Assembly: GCA_904384205.1 (NCBI GenBank)
Contig: CAJFJY010000006.1
Coordinates: forward strand, 1-42,907
Length of the DNA stretch: 42,907 bases
Reading direction: 5' to 3'
Origin: an uncultured Clostridia bacterium
GTDB taxonomy: Bacteria > Bacillota > Clostridia > TANB77 > CAG-508
Positions 32,729 to 42,740 of this stretch are shown here, one piece after another. The position numbers and the translations under genes are program-made. The notes under the pieces are model-generated. The model saw only the letters and a program-made list of their open reading frames with translations. It had not been told where the DNA came from and searched no databases. Within the stretch, counting starts at the first letter, position 1, and the number at the start of each line of letters is the position of its first letter.

Positions 32729-33211
32729 CTAGTCTGTGCTATCTTTTGCATATACATATGCAGGTTCTCCTGATCCTGTTTTTTGATTTGTAATGTTTAT
32801 TGCTAATCCTAGTTTATAATTTATTATATATGAATCTTCTGTATTTGTTATTTGCAATTCTTCTAAATCTGTTGGTGTTAATAAATAATAGTCGCCTGGT
32901 GTTGAGTTATTATTTAATAATTGAGTTAATTTTTGATCACTACCTAATTCTGTAAGTTCATCTTTTATATCATCCATTGAACTATATGGTGTTCCTGGAT
33001 ATTGATTACTATTCATTATGCTTTCTTGTGTGTATCTTTCTAATGCTGCATGTTGTACCATTTCTACTTCTGATATTAATATATTTTCTTTTGCATCTTT
33101 TATGCTATCTGTTCCTGTATATACTGCAATTGATGCTAATATTAATAAAACTATTATTGTTATAACTAATGCTGCTAATGTTATTCCTTTATCATTTCTT
33201 ATTATTTTCAT
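32729..33211 (-). CDS. Small prepilin-type (class III signal) protein
   Basis: KG-ITLAALVITIIVLLILASIAV hydrophobic pilin N-terminus; intact frame. Confidence 0.78.
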   Translation of the reverse strand: MKIIRNDKGITLAALVITIIVLLILASIAVYTGTDSIKDAKENILISEVEMVQHAALERYTQESIMNSNQYPGTPYSSMDDIKDELTELGSDQKLTQLLNNNSTPGDYYLLTPTDLEELQITNTEDSYIINYKLGLAINITNQKTGSGEPAYVYAKDSTD

Positions 33212-33313
33212 TATAATATATCTCCCTTCATCTTTTCTTTTGATTACTATGTTCTTAATATATCATTTTTTTAATATAATTACAAGGTTTTAAAATAAAT
33301 TTAGTTACAGTTC

Positions 33314-33609
33314 GTTACTGGATAATGGTCTTTTAATTTATTTTATCAAAAACGTTGATATTATAATATTTTAAAGTTCTCCTGTTCATTTCATTCAAAA
33401 AGAATTCATAAGGCTTTCTCATGAGCCTCTTTCATTCAGGCTCAAAATCAAAGATTTTGCCCATGAACATTCCTCATTCGAAAGCCAAATGAATTCTAAT
33501 TTTCATTCCAATCAAGCGTATTTTCATTCCAATCAAGCGTCGAAGCTTTAAAATATTATAATAGCAACGTTTTCTTGTTTGAATTTGTTCATGATCATTA
33601 TCCAGCAAC
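33314..33609. other. ~296-bp nested imperfect palindrome (MITE-like or structured RNA) containing a 21-bp tandem duplication
   Basis: gttactggataatggtc/gatcattatccagcaac; aaaacgttg.tattataatattttaaag/ctttaaaatattataata.caacgtttt; gaattcat/atgaattc; ggctttc/gaaagcc; caaaatc/gattttg; attttcattccaatcaagcgt x2 (33499-33540). Confidence 0.75.
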
Positions 33610-33698
33610 AATATTTATGTAAATTTTTCCAAAACTATTTATTTTTTCTAAAATATATAGTATAATATAAGTGTGATGTTTATTTTAGGAGGATTATT

Positions 33699-34124
33699 AT
33701 GTGGCAAATTTGGTTAATAATTGCTGGAATCTTTTTTGTAGGTGAAATTTTTACAGTTGGCTTTTTACTTTTTTGGTTTGGAATTGGAGCTTTAATTGCT
33801 TTAATTACAAGTCTTATTACATCTAATGTGATTATTCAAACTGTCGTATTTTTAATTTCATCTGTTATTTTACTTTTTGCAACAAAACCATTAGTGAATA
33901 AATTTTTAAATACTGGAAAATCACTTAAAACTAATGCGTTTTCAATAGTTGGAAAAAATGCACTTGTAATTAAAGATATTGATTCTATGAAAGGTAAAGG
34001 TCAAATAAAAGTAGATTCTGAGGTTTGGTCTGCTGAAAGTGAAGATGGCGAACCTATTGAAAAAGACACTGAAGTTAATATTGTGAGAATAGATGGTGTA
34101 AAAGCTGTTGTTAGAAAAATTTAA
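33699..34124 (+). CDS. NfeD-family membrane protein
   Basis: TM N-terminus, C-terminal OB-like GQIKVDSEVWSA; upstream of an SPFH gene; RBS AGGAGG. Confidence 0.88.
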   Translation: MWQIWLIIAGIFFVGEIFTVGFLLFWFGIGALIALITSLITSNVIIQTVVFLISSVILLFATKPLVNKFLNTGKSLKTNAFSIVGKNALVIKDIDSMKGKGQIKVDSEVWSAESEDGEPIEKDTEVNIVRIDGVKAVVRKI

Positions 34125-34191
34125 TTTTACATAGTTATTAAAATTTATTTATATATATTGAAGTTTTACTTCAAAAAAGGAGGATATTTTT

Positions 34192-35091
34192 ATGTGGATT
34201 TTAATTGTTTTACTTGTTATTATCTTAATAATTGCATTTTTCTCTATTAAGATAGTTAAACAAGCAGAGGTGTATATTATAGAAAGATTAGGTAAATTCT
34301 ACAAAGTTGCAGATGCTGGTCTTACTGTAATTATTCCATTTTTTGATCATGTAAGAAGTGTTGTAAGCTTAAAACAACAAACAATGGATATTCCACCTCA
34401 AGGTGTTATTACAAAGGATAATGTTACAATTACTATAGATACAGTTGTTTTCTATCAAATAACTGACCCTGCAAAAGCTGTATATGAGATTCAAAGCTTG
34501 AAAAAAGGTATTGAATATTTAGCTATTACAACTATTCGTGATATTATCGGTAAAATGGATTTAGACGAAACATTTAGTTCAAGAGATGGTATCAATACTC
34601 AATTAAGAGTTGTATTAGATGAAGCAACTGATAGATGGGGATGTAAAATAGACAGAGTTGAAATTAAAGACATTACACCTCCTGCTGATATCAGAGATGC
34701 AATGGAAAAAGAAATGAATGCAGAAAGAAATAAAAGAGCTATGATCTTAGAAGCTGAAGCTCAAAGACAATCTGCAATTACTATTGCTGAAGGTAAAAAA
34801 CAAGCTTCAATATTAGAGGCTGATGCTGATAGAGAAGCTCAAATTAGAAGAGCTGCCGGTGAAGCTCAAGCTATTAAAGAAGTTGCAGAAGCTAAGGCAA
34901 AAGAAATTCAAATGGTTTATGATGCAATTAAAAAAGCAAACCCAGATGATAAATTAGTTCAATTAAAATCTCTTGAAGCTCTTGAAAAAGTTGCTGATGG
35001 AGAAGCTAACAAAGTATTTATTCCTTTTGAAGCAACTGGTGCTTTAGCTGGTCTTGGTAGTTTATCAGAAGTTGTTAAGGCTGAAAAATAA
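34192..35091 (+). CDS. SPFH/band-7 (stomatin/QmcA-like) protein
   Basis: IERLGKF, VITKDNV, TTIRDIIG, WGCKIDRVEIKDI, AER.KRA..LEAE coiled coil. Confidence 0.92.
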   Translation: MWILIVLLVIILIIAFFSIKIVKQAEVYIIERLGKFYKVADAGLTVIIPFFDHVRSVVSLKQQTMDIPPQGVITKDNVTITIDTVVFYQITDPAKAVYEIQSLKKGIEYLAITTIRDIIGKMDLDETFSSRDGINTQLRVVLDEATDRWGCKIDRVEIKDITPPADIRDAMEKEMNAERNKRAMILEAEAQRQSAITIAEGKKQASILEADADREAQIRRAAGEAQAIKEVAEAKAKEIQMVYDAIKKANPDDKLVQLKSLEALEKVADGEANKVFIPFEATGALAGLGSLSEVVKAEK

Positions 35092-35220
35092 TTACAATTT
35101 TGGCGTCGCACAGTGGCGAACTTCATTTGAAATTTAATCAACGTACATGAGTACGCCTCATAAATTTCAAACTTGTTTTCCTAGCCAAAATTTAATTCTT
35201 TTTCACCCAGATTAGTGCCT
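35080..35220. repeat. Second copy of the ~135-bp hairpin element; overlaps the SPFH stop
   Basis: Reverse complement aligns with 13325-13459; differences cluster in the apical loop and one internal loop. Confidence 0.88.
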
Positions 35221-35246
35221 TAAGAATAATATCAAATGATATTTTT

Positions 35247-35279
35247 AAAACGAAGGATTTAAATTTCCTTCGTTTTTTT
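35247..35279. terminator. Intrinsic terminator between the convergent SPFH and spoIIQ-like genes
   Basis: aaaacgaagga / tccttcgtttt stem with a T-tract. Confidence 0.75.
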
Positions 35280-35302
35280 GTTTTTTATGTTACATTATTA
35301 AT

Positions 35303-36184
35303 CTATTTTATATATATTGATGGATCTATTGCTACAGAATCTTTTAATATTTCAAAGTGTAAGTGTGATTCATCTGCTATTTCGAAAGCAGCTGTATTTC
35401 CAACAGTTCCTAAAGCCTGTCCTTTTTCTACTTTTTCTCCTTCAACAACAAATTCAGAAGTTAATAAATTTGAATAAACTGTTTCATATCCTCCTGTATG
35501 TTCAACAACAATAGTTAATCCATATCTAGGATCATTTTTTATTGATTTTACTGTTCCTGCTTCTGCAGAATTTACAACTGTAGTTTTATCTGCTTTTATA
35601 TCTATTCCTGTATGAGTAGTCCATTCCTCTAATGTGTTTGAATAAATTAAATTATCTTTTGCGAATTCTTTTACAATTTCTCCCTCTACTGGTTTTTGAA
35701 AAGATAATTCTTGATTTTCTTCACTTTTTGCAGATGTTTCCTGAGAGTAATTAGTTGTTTGTTTATTGGCATTATTAACTTGCTCATTTACAGTAGATGT
35801 CTTTGTTGTATTGTTTGTGCTTGTATTATTTGTATTTACCTCATTTGTGCTTTCTGAACTGCTATTTGTATTAGCTGTGGTATTTGTCTCATTGCTATTT
35901 ACAGTATTTGCATTATTTAATTCATTTGCAACTTCATTAATACTTCTTCCTATTTCTGAACTTGCACTTTCTGTTGTCTCATTATTTTCGTTATTGTTTA
36001 CTATATTTGCAATTTGCTCACTACTTAAAGATTCACTCCTTACTTTATCATTTAAGCTTTTACTATATGCCAAAAGACCTATTACGATAACAGCTAAAAC
36101 TCCAATTCCTATTGTAATATACTTGATGATTTTTGCCCCTATGTCATCATCTATAACACTTTTTTCTCTTCTTCCTCTATTCAT
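35303..36184 (-). CDS. spoIIQ: M23/LytM-domain membrane protein, SpoIIQ-like
   Basis: N-terminal TM, Asn/Thr linker, YSNTLEEW, HTGID and HLH zinc motifs; directly downstream of spoIID. Confidence 0.72.
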   Translation of the reverse strand: MNRGRREKSVIDDDIGAKIIKYITIGIGVLAVIVIGLLAYSKSLNDKVRSESLSSEQIANIVNNNENNETTESASSEIGRSINEVANELNNANTVNSNETNTTANTNSSSESTNEVNTNNTSTNNTTKTSTVNEQVNNANKQTTNYSQETSAKSEENQELSFQKPVEGEIVKEFAKDNLIYSNTLEEWTTHTGIDIKADKTTVVNSAEAGTVKSIKNDPRYGLTIVVEHTGGYETVYSNLLTSEFVVEGEKVEKGQALGTVGNTAAFEIADESHLHFEILKDSVAIDPSIYIK

Positions 36185-36261
36185 AAAATCCTCCTTTGAA
36201 ATAATTTATTATAATTATTTCCTAATTTTAGAAATTTATACATTAATTTGTAAAAAAGGAT

Positions 36262-37299
36262 TTATATTGAATTCACTTCTTTTATTTCAACATTAGTATA
36301 AAAATGATGAATTATATCTTCATAGGTGCTCCCCTGTTTAGCCATACTATCGGCTCCTGTTTGACTCATCCCTACTCCATGACCATATCCTTTAACTGTA
36401 AACTTTACATTTCCATTTTCTTGAGTTATTTCAAAATTTGTTGACCTTAATCCAAAAATACTTCTTGTTTCTACTCCTGAAATTTCATGATTACCAAATT
36501 TCACTGTTTTTACTCTTCCACTTTCTGTATGTTCTTTTATTTGTATATCCTCTGGATTTGAAAAATCTATTGAAATGTCAGAATATTTTTGTTTTAATTT
36601 TTCAATTAAATCAGCTTGTGACAAAGTTACTTCAGATGCATATTGTGTATATCCTTCTTCTCCTGCAGTTTCTACTGTTTGTAAATATGGATATCCTGTG
36701 CCTCCCCATACATTTACAGGAATTTCCGTTGTTCCTCCACTATTTGAGTGAAAAAATGCATTAATTGGTTCATTGTTATATGTTATTATGAGTCCTTGTG
36801 TGCTATTTACAGCTTCAACAATTTTATTCCAATTGCTTTCTCTTAAATTCTCATCCCATCTTGCTAATCTATTTGCTTTTGAAATCCATGCTTGACAACA
36901 CGCTGAATCATCACATATATCAGCATTATCATGTTTCTTATTATTTACTTTATATATAGTATATGTCCTTGCAACAACTGCTTGTGCTTTTAATGCTTCT
37001 AACTCAAAATCTGCTGGCATTTCAGCTGATACGACATTACATAAATAATCATCTAGGTTTACTTCCTCTACTTGCCCAGTATCTTTATGCAATAATTTGA
37101 TTGTTCCATATTTATTATAATTATATTTTTCAATTGTTGATGTGGCAGTCTGGTTTTGAGTTTCTCCTGATGAATTTGCACTATTTTGATTTCCTTCACT
37201 TGTTCCTGCAGAAACTTCTTTTCCGTTTTTTGTAAATAATGCTGGAAGAATGAAACATAGTAATATAAAACAGATTATGTATAAACTAATTTTTTTCAT
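36262..37299 (-). CDS. spoIID: Stage II sporulation protein D
   Basis: YLCNVVSAEMPA.F..EALKAQAVVARTY, CQAW, FFHSNSGG.T, LRST.F, GYGHGVGMSQ.GA. Confidence 0.93.
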   Translation of the reverse strand: MKKISLYIICFILLCFILPALFTKNGKEVSAGTSEGNQNSANSSGETQNQTATSTIEKYNYNKYGTIKLLHKDTGQVEEVNLDDYLCNVVSAEMPADFELEALKAQAVVARTYTIYKVNNKKHDNADICDDSACCQAWISKANRLARWDENLRESNWNKIVEAVNSTQGLIITYNNEPINAFFHSNSGGTTEIPVNVWGGTGYPYLQTVETAGEEGYTQYASEVTLSQADLIEKLKQKYSDISIDFSNPEDIQIKEHTESGRVKTVKFGNHEISGVETRSIFGLRSTNFEITQENGNVKFTVKGYGHGVGMSQTGADSMAKQGSTYEDIIHHFYTNVEIKEVNSI

Positions 37300-37321
37300 C
37301 TACTCAAAAATCCTTTCTAGC

Positions 37322-38056
37322 CTAAATCCCTTTTTGTACTAATTTGTTTCTCATTTTTTCTAGTACTTTCTTTTCTATTCTTGACACTTGTACTTGGCTG
37401 ATTCCCAAAATTTTTGCTATTTGTGATTGGGTTTTTTCTTTATAATATCGAAGCAATATTACTTCTTTATCTTTATCTTCTAATCCTTTTATTAAGTCTT
37501 TTATTACTATTTTATTTGTTATTAATTCTTGTTCATCTTTTTGTGTTGAAATTTTGTCTACAATACTTATTGTTTTTTCTCCTTTATCAGCAAATACTTT
37601 ATTTTCTATAGATTCTACTGGTCTTGCTGATTCTATCGCTATATTTATATCTTCTTTTGATACCTTTAATATTTTTGACATTTCTTCTATTGTTATTTCT
37701 TTCCCTTTTTTTATTAAATATTCTTTTTGCAATTCTCTGATTTTTATATACAATTCTTTTATGCTTCTACTTACTTTTACTGGTCCATCATCTCTTATAT
37801 GCTTTTTTATTTCTCCTAATATATATGGTACTGTGTATGTTGATAATTTAACATCAAAGCTTGTGTCAAATCTTTTTATTGATTTTATAAAGCCTATACA
37901 ACCTATTTGATATAAATCTTCTAACTCATATCCTCTATTGGCAAATCTTTTTACTATACTCCATATTAGACCATTGTTTTGTCTAATTAGTCTATCTAAT
38001 TCAAATCGGTCTCCTTCTTGCGCTCTTTTTATCGAATTATTATCATTTTCAAACAT
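37322..38056 (-). CDS. sigF: Sporulation sigma factor F
   Basis: RGYELEDLYQIGCIG.IK..RFD, STY.VPYILGEIK, RDDGPVKVSRS, TQSQIA..LGISQVQVSRIEK; third gene of the spoIIA operon. Confidence 0.9.
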   Translation of the reverse strand: MFENDNNSIKRAQEGDRFELDRLIRQNNGLIWSIVKRFANRGYELEDLYQIGCIGFIKSIKRFDTSFDVKLSTYTVPYILGEIKKHIRDDGPVKVSRSIKELYIKIRELQKEYLIKKGKEITIEEMSKILKVSKEDINIAIESARPVESIENKVFADKGEKTISIVDKISTQKDEQELITNKIVIKDLIKGLEDKDKEVILLRYYKEKTQSQIAKILGISQVQVSRIEKKVLEKMRNKLVQKGI

Positions 38057-38070
38057 AACTTTACCCCTGT

Positions 38071-38553
38071 TTATTCTTTAGTAAGAAATTCGAAACTTTC
38101 TTCTTTTTCTGTATTTTCATCTTCTTTCTTTATCTTTTTTGACATTGTAACTCTTGTTCCTAATCCTACAATTGATTCAACTTTTACATTATCCATAAAG
38201 CTTTCCATAATCGTGAATCCCATTCCTGATCTTTCTAAGTTTGGTTTTGTTGTATATAGTGGTTCTTTTGCTGCTTCTATATTTTCTATTCCTTTTCCGT
38301 GATCTGAAATTTCAATTATAATTTCATTTTCTTTTAGTTGTGCAGACATTCTTACTATTCCTATTCTATTTTCATATGCATGTATTATGCAGTTTGTGAC
38401 AGCTTCTGATACTGCTGTTTTTATGTCTGCAAGTTCTTCAATTGTTGGGTCTAATTGTGAAGCAAATGCCGCTATTGTGATTCTTGCAAATGCTTCATTA
38501 GATGATTTACTTATAAATTCTAGTTTCATCTCATTTTCAAATTGTTCTTTCAT
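38071..38553 (-). CDS. spoIIAB: Anti-sigma-F factor
   Basis: [47 protein letters not shown]. Confidence 0.96.
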   Translation of the reverse strand: MKEQFENEMKLEFISKSSNEAFARITIAAFASQLDPTIEELADIKTAVSEAVTNCIIHAYENRIGIVRMSAQLKENEIIIEISDHGKGIENIEAAKEPLYTTKPNLERSGMGFTIMESFMDNVKVESIVGLGTRVTMSKKIKKEDENTEKEESFEFLTKE

Positions 38554-38579
38554 AATTGTTTTCTTCCTCCCTTTTTATT

Positions 38580-38726
38580 TATCTATTAGGAAAGTCATAC
38601 TGACTTTCTTAATAGATATATAATGCACATAAATTTATTTCATAAATTTAGCGCAGAACAAATTCACGGAAAGCCAAAAATAGATGTTAAAGTCCATTAT
38701 AATCTTAAGGCTTTCCTATTTGTTCT
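38580..38726. other. Three-stem structured element, copy B, between spoIIAA and spoIIAB
   Basis: 18-bp hairpin 38580-38618; TGCACA-hairpin-GCG; bulged stem agaacaaat/atttgttct and ggaaagcc/ggctttcc; right arm overlaps the spoIIAA 3' end. Confidence 0.7.
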
Positions 38727-39046
38727 CTATTTTCATTTATTTCGACTACAGGTATTATTTTCAAAATTCCGCTCATTTCAAATATTTTTTTAACATTTTG
38801 AGTTAAGTTTGTTAATTCTAATTTTCCTCCTAACATATTGACAAATTTATACCTGCCTATGATTAGTCCTATTCCTGCACTATCCATGAAAGTAACACTA
38901 TCAAAATCAAATACAACTCTTTTAGGCATATATCTTTCAATTTCATAATCAGCCCTCCTTCTTATCTTTCGTACTGTATAATCATCAATTTCTTCTGAGA
39001 TTTTAAATATTAACAGTTTGTCCTTTTCATAAAATTTTGTTTCCAT
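38705..39046 (-). CDS. spoIIAA: Anti-anti-sigma-F factor (STAS domain)
   Basis: VTFMDSAGIGLIIGRYK phosphorylatable Ser motif; operon position. Confidence 0.93.
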   Translation of the reverse strand: METKFYEKDKLLIFKISEEIDDYTVRKIRRRADYEIERYMPKRVVFDFDSVTFMDSAGIGLIIGRYKFVNMLGGKLELTNLTQNVKKIFEMSGILKIIPVVEINENREQIGKP

Positions 39047-39207
39047 TTTATTATCATTCCTTTCTTTTTGTTGTTGTTTAACGAAACAAATTTAAAGCTT
39101 TTTTAATAGATATTTTAATTTGATGATATTTAAATTTCTCTTCTCTTTTATGGTATTTATTATAAAACTTTTTCCAATATTTTCCAAGAGTAAAAAATAA
39201 GAAGTTT

Positions 39208-39233
39208 TGTCGAAATTGAAGAAGTTTTCGACA
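39208..39233. promoter_or_regulatory. Two Spo0A boxes upstream of spoIIAA
   Basis: TGTCGAA (39208-39214) and TTCGACA (39227-39233, the reverse complement); both match the 0A-box consensus TGNCGAA, and spoIIA is a known Spo0A target. Confidence 0.75.
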
Positions 39234-39279
39234 AATAATTATTTTTGATTTAAAATTATTCAAATATTTATACAAAAAA

Positions 39280-39324
39280 AATAACCCCCAATTATTAAAC
39301 TTCTGTATAATAATTGGAGTTATT
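39280..39324 (-). terminator. Probable intrinsic terminator after the flavodoxin-like gene
   Basis: aataac..ccaattatta / taataattgg.gttatt stem with an A-run at 39274-39281 (U-tail on the minus strand). Confidence 0.6.
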
Positions 39325-39343
39325 CTTACTTGTCTTATGCATA

Positions 39344-39817
39344 TTATTTAATTTTTTCTAACATTGGTTTTATATTTTCCTCTGAAACATAATTTGCACC
39401 ATTTTTAAATAATTCAATTAGTTCGGTATTATTTGGATTTTGCTTTTCTAAAACTTTGCCTACCATTTGTACTATTTTTTTCTTTATACCTTTCAACTTT
39501 GCATAGTCGATTCCACCTCTTAAATAAAATAATGGTATATTAACATTATTTGCTGTTTTTAGTTCTTCAATATATTTTGAATCTGGAGGATAAGCACCTA
39601 CTACACCACAATATTTTATATTGTATTTATTCTTTACTTTTTTAAATCCCGATATTATTCCTGCACATATCCATCCTAAATAAATAATTTCATCATTATT
39701 ATTTAAATTATGCTTAGCTTCTTTTTCTGAATAGCATGGAATATTCAATTTTTCTGATAACATTTTTGCATATTGAAATGTATGACCAGTATTTGTTTTA
39801 TAAATTATCGCCTTCAT
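39344..39817 (-). CDS. Flavodoxin-like protein (long-chain/HemG-like fold)
   Basis: IIYKTNTGHTFQYA FMN-loop-like motif, YLGW..AG.I, FYLRGGID. Confidence 0.7.
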   Translation of the reverse strand: MKAIIYKTNTGHTFQYAKMLSEKLNIPCYSEKEAKHNLNNNDEIIYLGWICAGIISGFKKVKNKYNIKYCGVVGAYPPDSKYIEELKTANNVNIPLFYLRGGIDYAKLKGIKKKIVQMVGKVLEKQNPNNTELIELFKNGANYVSEENIKPMLEKIK

Positions 39818-39899
39818 TTTATCCCCTCCAAATTCATTATTAAATTTTTTCTTTATAATATCAAACTAATTATTTTTTTGCAACACAATAATTTTTCTT

Positions 39900-40595
39900 T
39901 TAGTTTTCTTGCAAAATTTTGTCAGCTTCGTTTTTTGTTAAATATTCATATTTTATCATTTTTTCAATTACTTGTTTTTGTCTTTGTTTTGCTAAATCCG
40001 CATTTACATTTGGTGCATATACAGATGGTGCATTTGGTATTCCTGCAAGCATAATCCATTCACCATCTGTAAGCTCATCTAAATCTTTCTCAAAATACCC
40101 TTTTGCTGCATCTTTTATGTTATAATACCCATCTCCAAAATATAATGTATTTATGTATATTTCTAAAATTTCGTCTTTATTATAATTCTTTTCGATTTCA
40201 AATGCTATAAATACTTCTGCGATTTTCCTTGTTATTTTCTTTTCTTGTGTAAAATACTCATTTTTGGCTATTTGTTGAGTTATTGTACTTCCTCCTTCTA
40301 CAAAACTCATTGCTTTAATATCATTTATCAAAGCTCTTCCTATTGCTATTATATCTATTCCATTATGTTTATAAAATCTATGATCCTCTACTGAAATCAC
40401 TGCATTTAAATATATTTGTGGCAATTCTGATAAACTAACATAGTTTTCTTTTGATTTTATTTCTTCTACTTTTTGATCTAATGGTATTTCTTCTATTGCC
40501 TCTTTATACATATTATAGCCATTACCTACTGCTAATAATCCTATACTAATTATTACTAATGATACTAATAACATTATTTTTAAAAAAGTTTTCAT
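39900..40595 (-). CDS. Monofunctional peptidoglycan glycosyltransferase (GT51)
   Basis: EDHRFYKHNG, GGSTITQQIAKN, RKIAE, KDEILEIYIN, LAGIPNAPS; no transpeptidase domain. Confidence 0.9.
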   Translation of the reverse strand: MKTFLKIMLLVSLVIISIGLLAVGNGYNMYKEAIEEIPLDQKVEEIKSKENYVSLSELPQIYLNAVISVEDHRFYKHNGIDIIAIGRALINDIKAMSFVEGGSTITQQIAKNEYFTQEKKITRKIAEVFIAFEIEKNYNKDEILEIYINTLYFGDGYYNIKDAAKGYFEKDLDELTDGEWIMLAGIPNAPSVYAPNVNADLAKQRQKQVIEKMIKYEYLTKNEADKILQEN

Positions 40596-40667
40596 CTATT
40601 GCCACCTCTTTTCCTATACATTTTTTGCTATTTTTCATGCTTTGATTATATATCGCAATTATTTTAA

Positions 40668-42740
40668 TCATCTAATATCCTCTTTGATTATATTTTTACT
40701 TCCGAAATATGTTGCTAGGAAATATGCTCCATATACTACTCCCATTACTATTATTGTAGCTATTATTGATGGTATTAAATCTTCTTCAGATGCTAAACCT
40801 GCCATCATTGAAATTAAGAATTTAATTCCAAATATTGAATGTATTATTGCAAGTATTAAAGGCATTAAAAAGAATATTCCTATTTGTCTAAATAATGATT
40901 GATTTATCATCTTTTCATCTACGCCTATTTTTCTTAATATCATATATCTTTGTCTATTATCTGAACTTTCTGTTAATTGTTTTAGAGCTAAAATTGCTGA
41001 GCTTGCAATTAAGAATATTATTCCTAAATATATTGCTATAAATGTTACTATTGTTGCTAATCCAACACTAGATTCTATAATTGACGTTCTTGTCATTCCA
41101 TCTAAAGTTATTCCTTTTGCAATTAAATTTTTATAAAGCTCTGAGTTTTGGGAATCTTTAAACTCATTTTCTATTCTTTCTTTTTCTTCTTCTGTATTTG
41201 CATTATAGTTTGCTGCCAAGAATTTTTCTTCAATCATATTGTCTGTAAGATTACAATTGTCTGGTACTAAAATTATTCCTGCATTTACATGACTTGTTGA
41301 CATATATATAAATCCGCTTTTACATTCTTGATATTTAGGAGAATATTCTTTACCTCCAATATTTATTTTTGTATTCAACTTCAATGCTTCATTTCTGATT
41401 TCTGTCATACTATCAAAATCACACAACATGATGTATTCATCATCATTTAAAGAATATTGTTCTTCTCCATATAATCTTGCTATTTTATTATAATCAGAAA
41501 CTTTCACTATCATTTCAGCAGATTCATAATTTAACATTGAAAACATTGATTTTGCTTTATCAATATATTCTCCTAATGTTTTTTCCATTGTAAGTTCATT
41601 TGTTGCATATATTGGTATTTCTATTACATCTTTTAAATTATTCATATTAAATCCATTATTTGTTAAGGTCTCTTGTAATGAAATTTTAGAATCTGCAATT
41701 GCTTCATCTGTCAATTTTTCAATATCTGGCAAATTTGCTGTTTTGTATAAATTCAAATCTACTGGTGTCATCTCTAATAAATCTTTTTGCATTGTATTTC
41801 TTAATGATAATGCAAATGATAATATTGTAATTGTCATAAATAGCATTAAACATATTACACTCATACTTATTACTGTTGTATTTATTTTGTTGTTTAATTG
41901 CCTTAAGACAAACATATTTGTTCCTTTTAAATAAATCTTTTTACTTGATTGTACCATTCTTAATACAAATCCAGATAGTGACCAAAATACTAATATTGTT
42001 CCTATTATTCCCATTATGATGATTGGTAACATATCTGCCGCTTCTCTTATTGTATTTGCCCCTGTTGTTACTTTATAATATGCATATCCTAAGATTACTA
42101 CTGCAATTATAAATATTATTATTGATAATACTGGATTTTTTATTTTTACTTTTTCATTTTTCTTTGTTGCATTTATTAGATTTATTAATTTGTATCTTGA
42201 AATTGTAAATGTATTAAGTATTATTACTGCTATGTACATTATTGCAAAATATATAATTGTTTTTACACATGCTTCACTTGAAAATACAAATTGATAATTA
42301 GTCATGTCTGCTTCAAATAATTTGGCAACTAATACTGACATAAATTGCGAACCAAATACACCTACAACTAGACCTACAATAAGTGATATGATTCCTACAA
42401 ATATAGTTTCTATTACGATTATTTTTGATACTTGTCTTCTTCCCATTCCTAGTGTCATATATATACCAAATTCTCTTTTTCTTCTATTTATCAAGAAATT
42501 ATTTGCATAAACTATTAATATTCCCAAAATTACTGCTACAAATACAGATACCATACCAAGCATACTTACCATAAGTTCAATCATGTCTCTTGTTGATTGT
42601 GATACTTCTAACATTGCTTCTTGACTATCAATCGAATTAAACATATAAAATATGCTGACTCCTAAAACTAATGTTAAAAAATATATTGCATAATCTTTAA
42701 AGCTTTTTTTCATATTTTTTAAAGCTAATTTAAATAACAT
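40668..42740 (-). CDS. BceB-like peptide-resistance ABC permease
   Basis: LALKNMKKSFKDYAIYF, RRKREFGIYMTLGM, about 10 TM with a large extracellular loop, LKQLTES..RY.ILRKIG. Confidence 0.88.
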   Translation of the reverse strand: MLFKLALKNMKKSFKDYAIYFLTLVLGVSIFYMFNSIDSQEAMLEVSQSTRDMIELMVSMLGMVSVFVAVILGILIVYANNFLINRRKREFGIYMTLGMGRRQVSKIIVIETIFVGIISLIVGLVVGVFGSQFMSVLVAKLFEADMTNYQFVFSSEACVKTIIYFAIMYIAVIILNTFTISRYKLINLINATKKNEKVKIKNPVLSIIIFIIAVVILGYAYYKVTTGANTIREAADMLPIIIMGIIGTILVFWSLSGFVLRMVQSSKKIYLKGTNMFVLRQLNNKINTTVISMSVICLMLFMTITILSFALSLRNTMQKDLLEMTPVDLNLYKTANLPDIEKLTDEAIADSKISLQETLTNNGFNMNNLKDVIEIPIYATNELTMEKTLGEYIDKAKSMFSMLNYESAEMIVKVSDYNKIARLYGEEQYSLNDDEYIMLCDFDSMTEIRNEALKLNTKINIGGKEYSPKYQECKSGFIYMSTSHVNAGIILVPDNCNLTDNMIEEKFLAANYNANTEEEKERIENEFKDSQNSELYKNLIAKGITLDGMTRTSIIESSVGLATIVTFIAIYLGIIFLIASSAILALKQLTESSDNRQRYMILRKIGVDEKMINQSLFRQIGIFFLMPLILAIIHSIFGIKFLISMMAGLASEEDLIPSIIATIIVMGVVYGAYFLATYFGSKNIIKEDIR

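Noticed and set aside
37321-37330. cctaaatccc at the sigF stop, resembling the flank of GGGAC elements
   Set aside because: Lacks the GTCCC core and a partner arm.
39078-39275. 65-aa minus-strand ORF upstream of spoIIAA
   Set aside because: Overlaps the Spo0A-box promoter region; TTG start, no RBS, no recognisable features.
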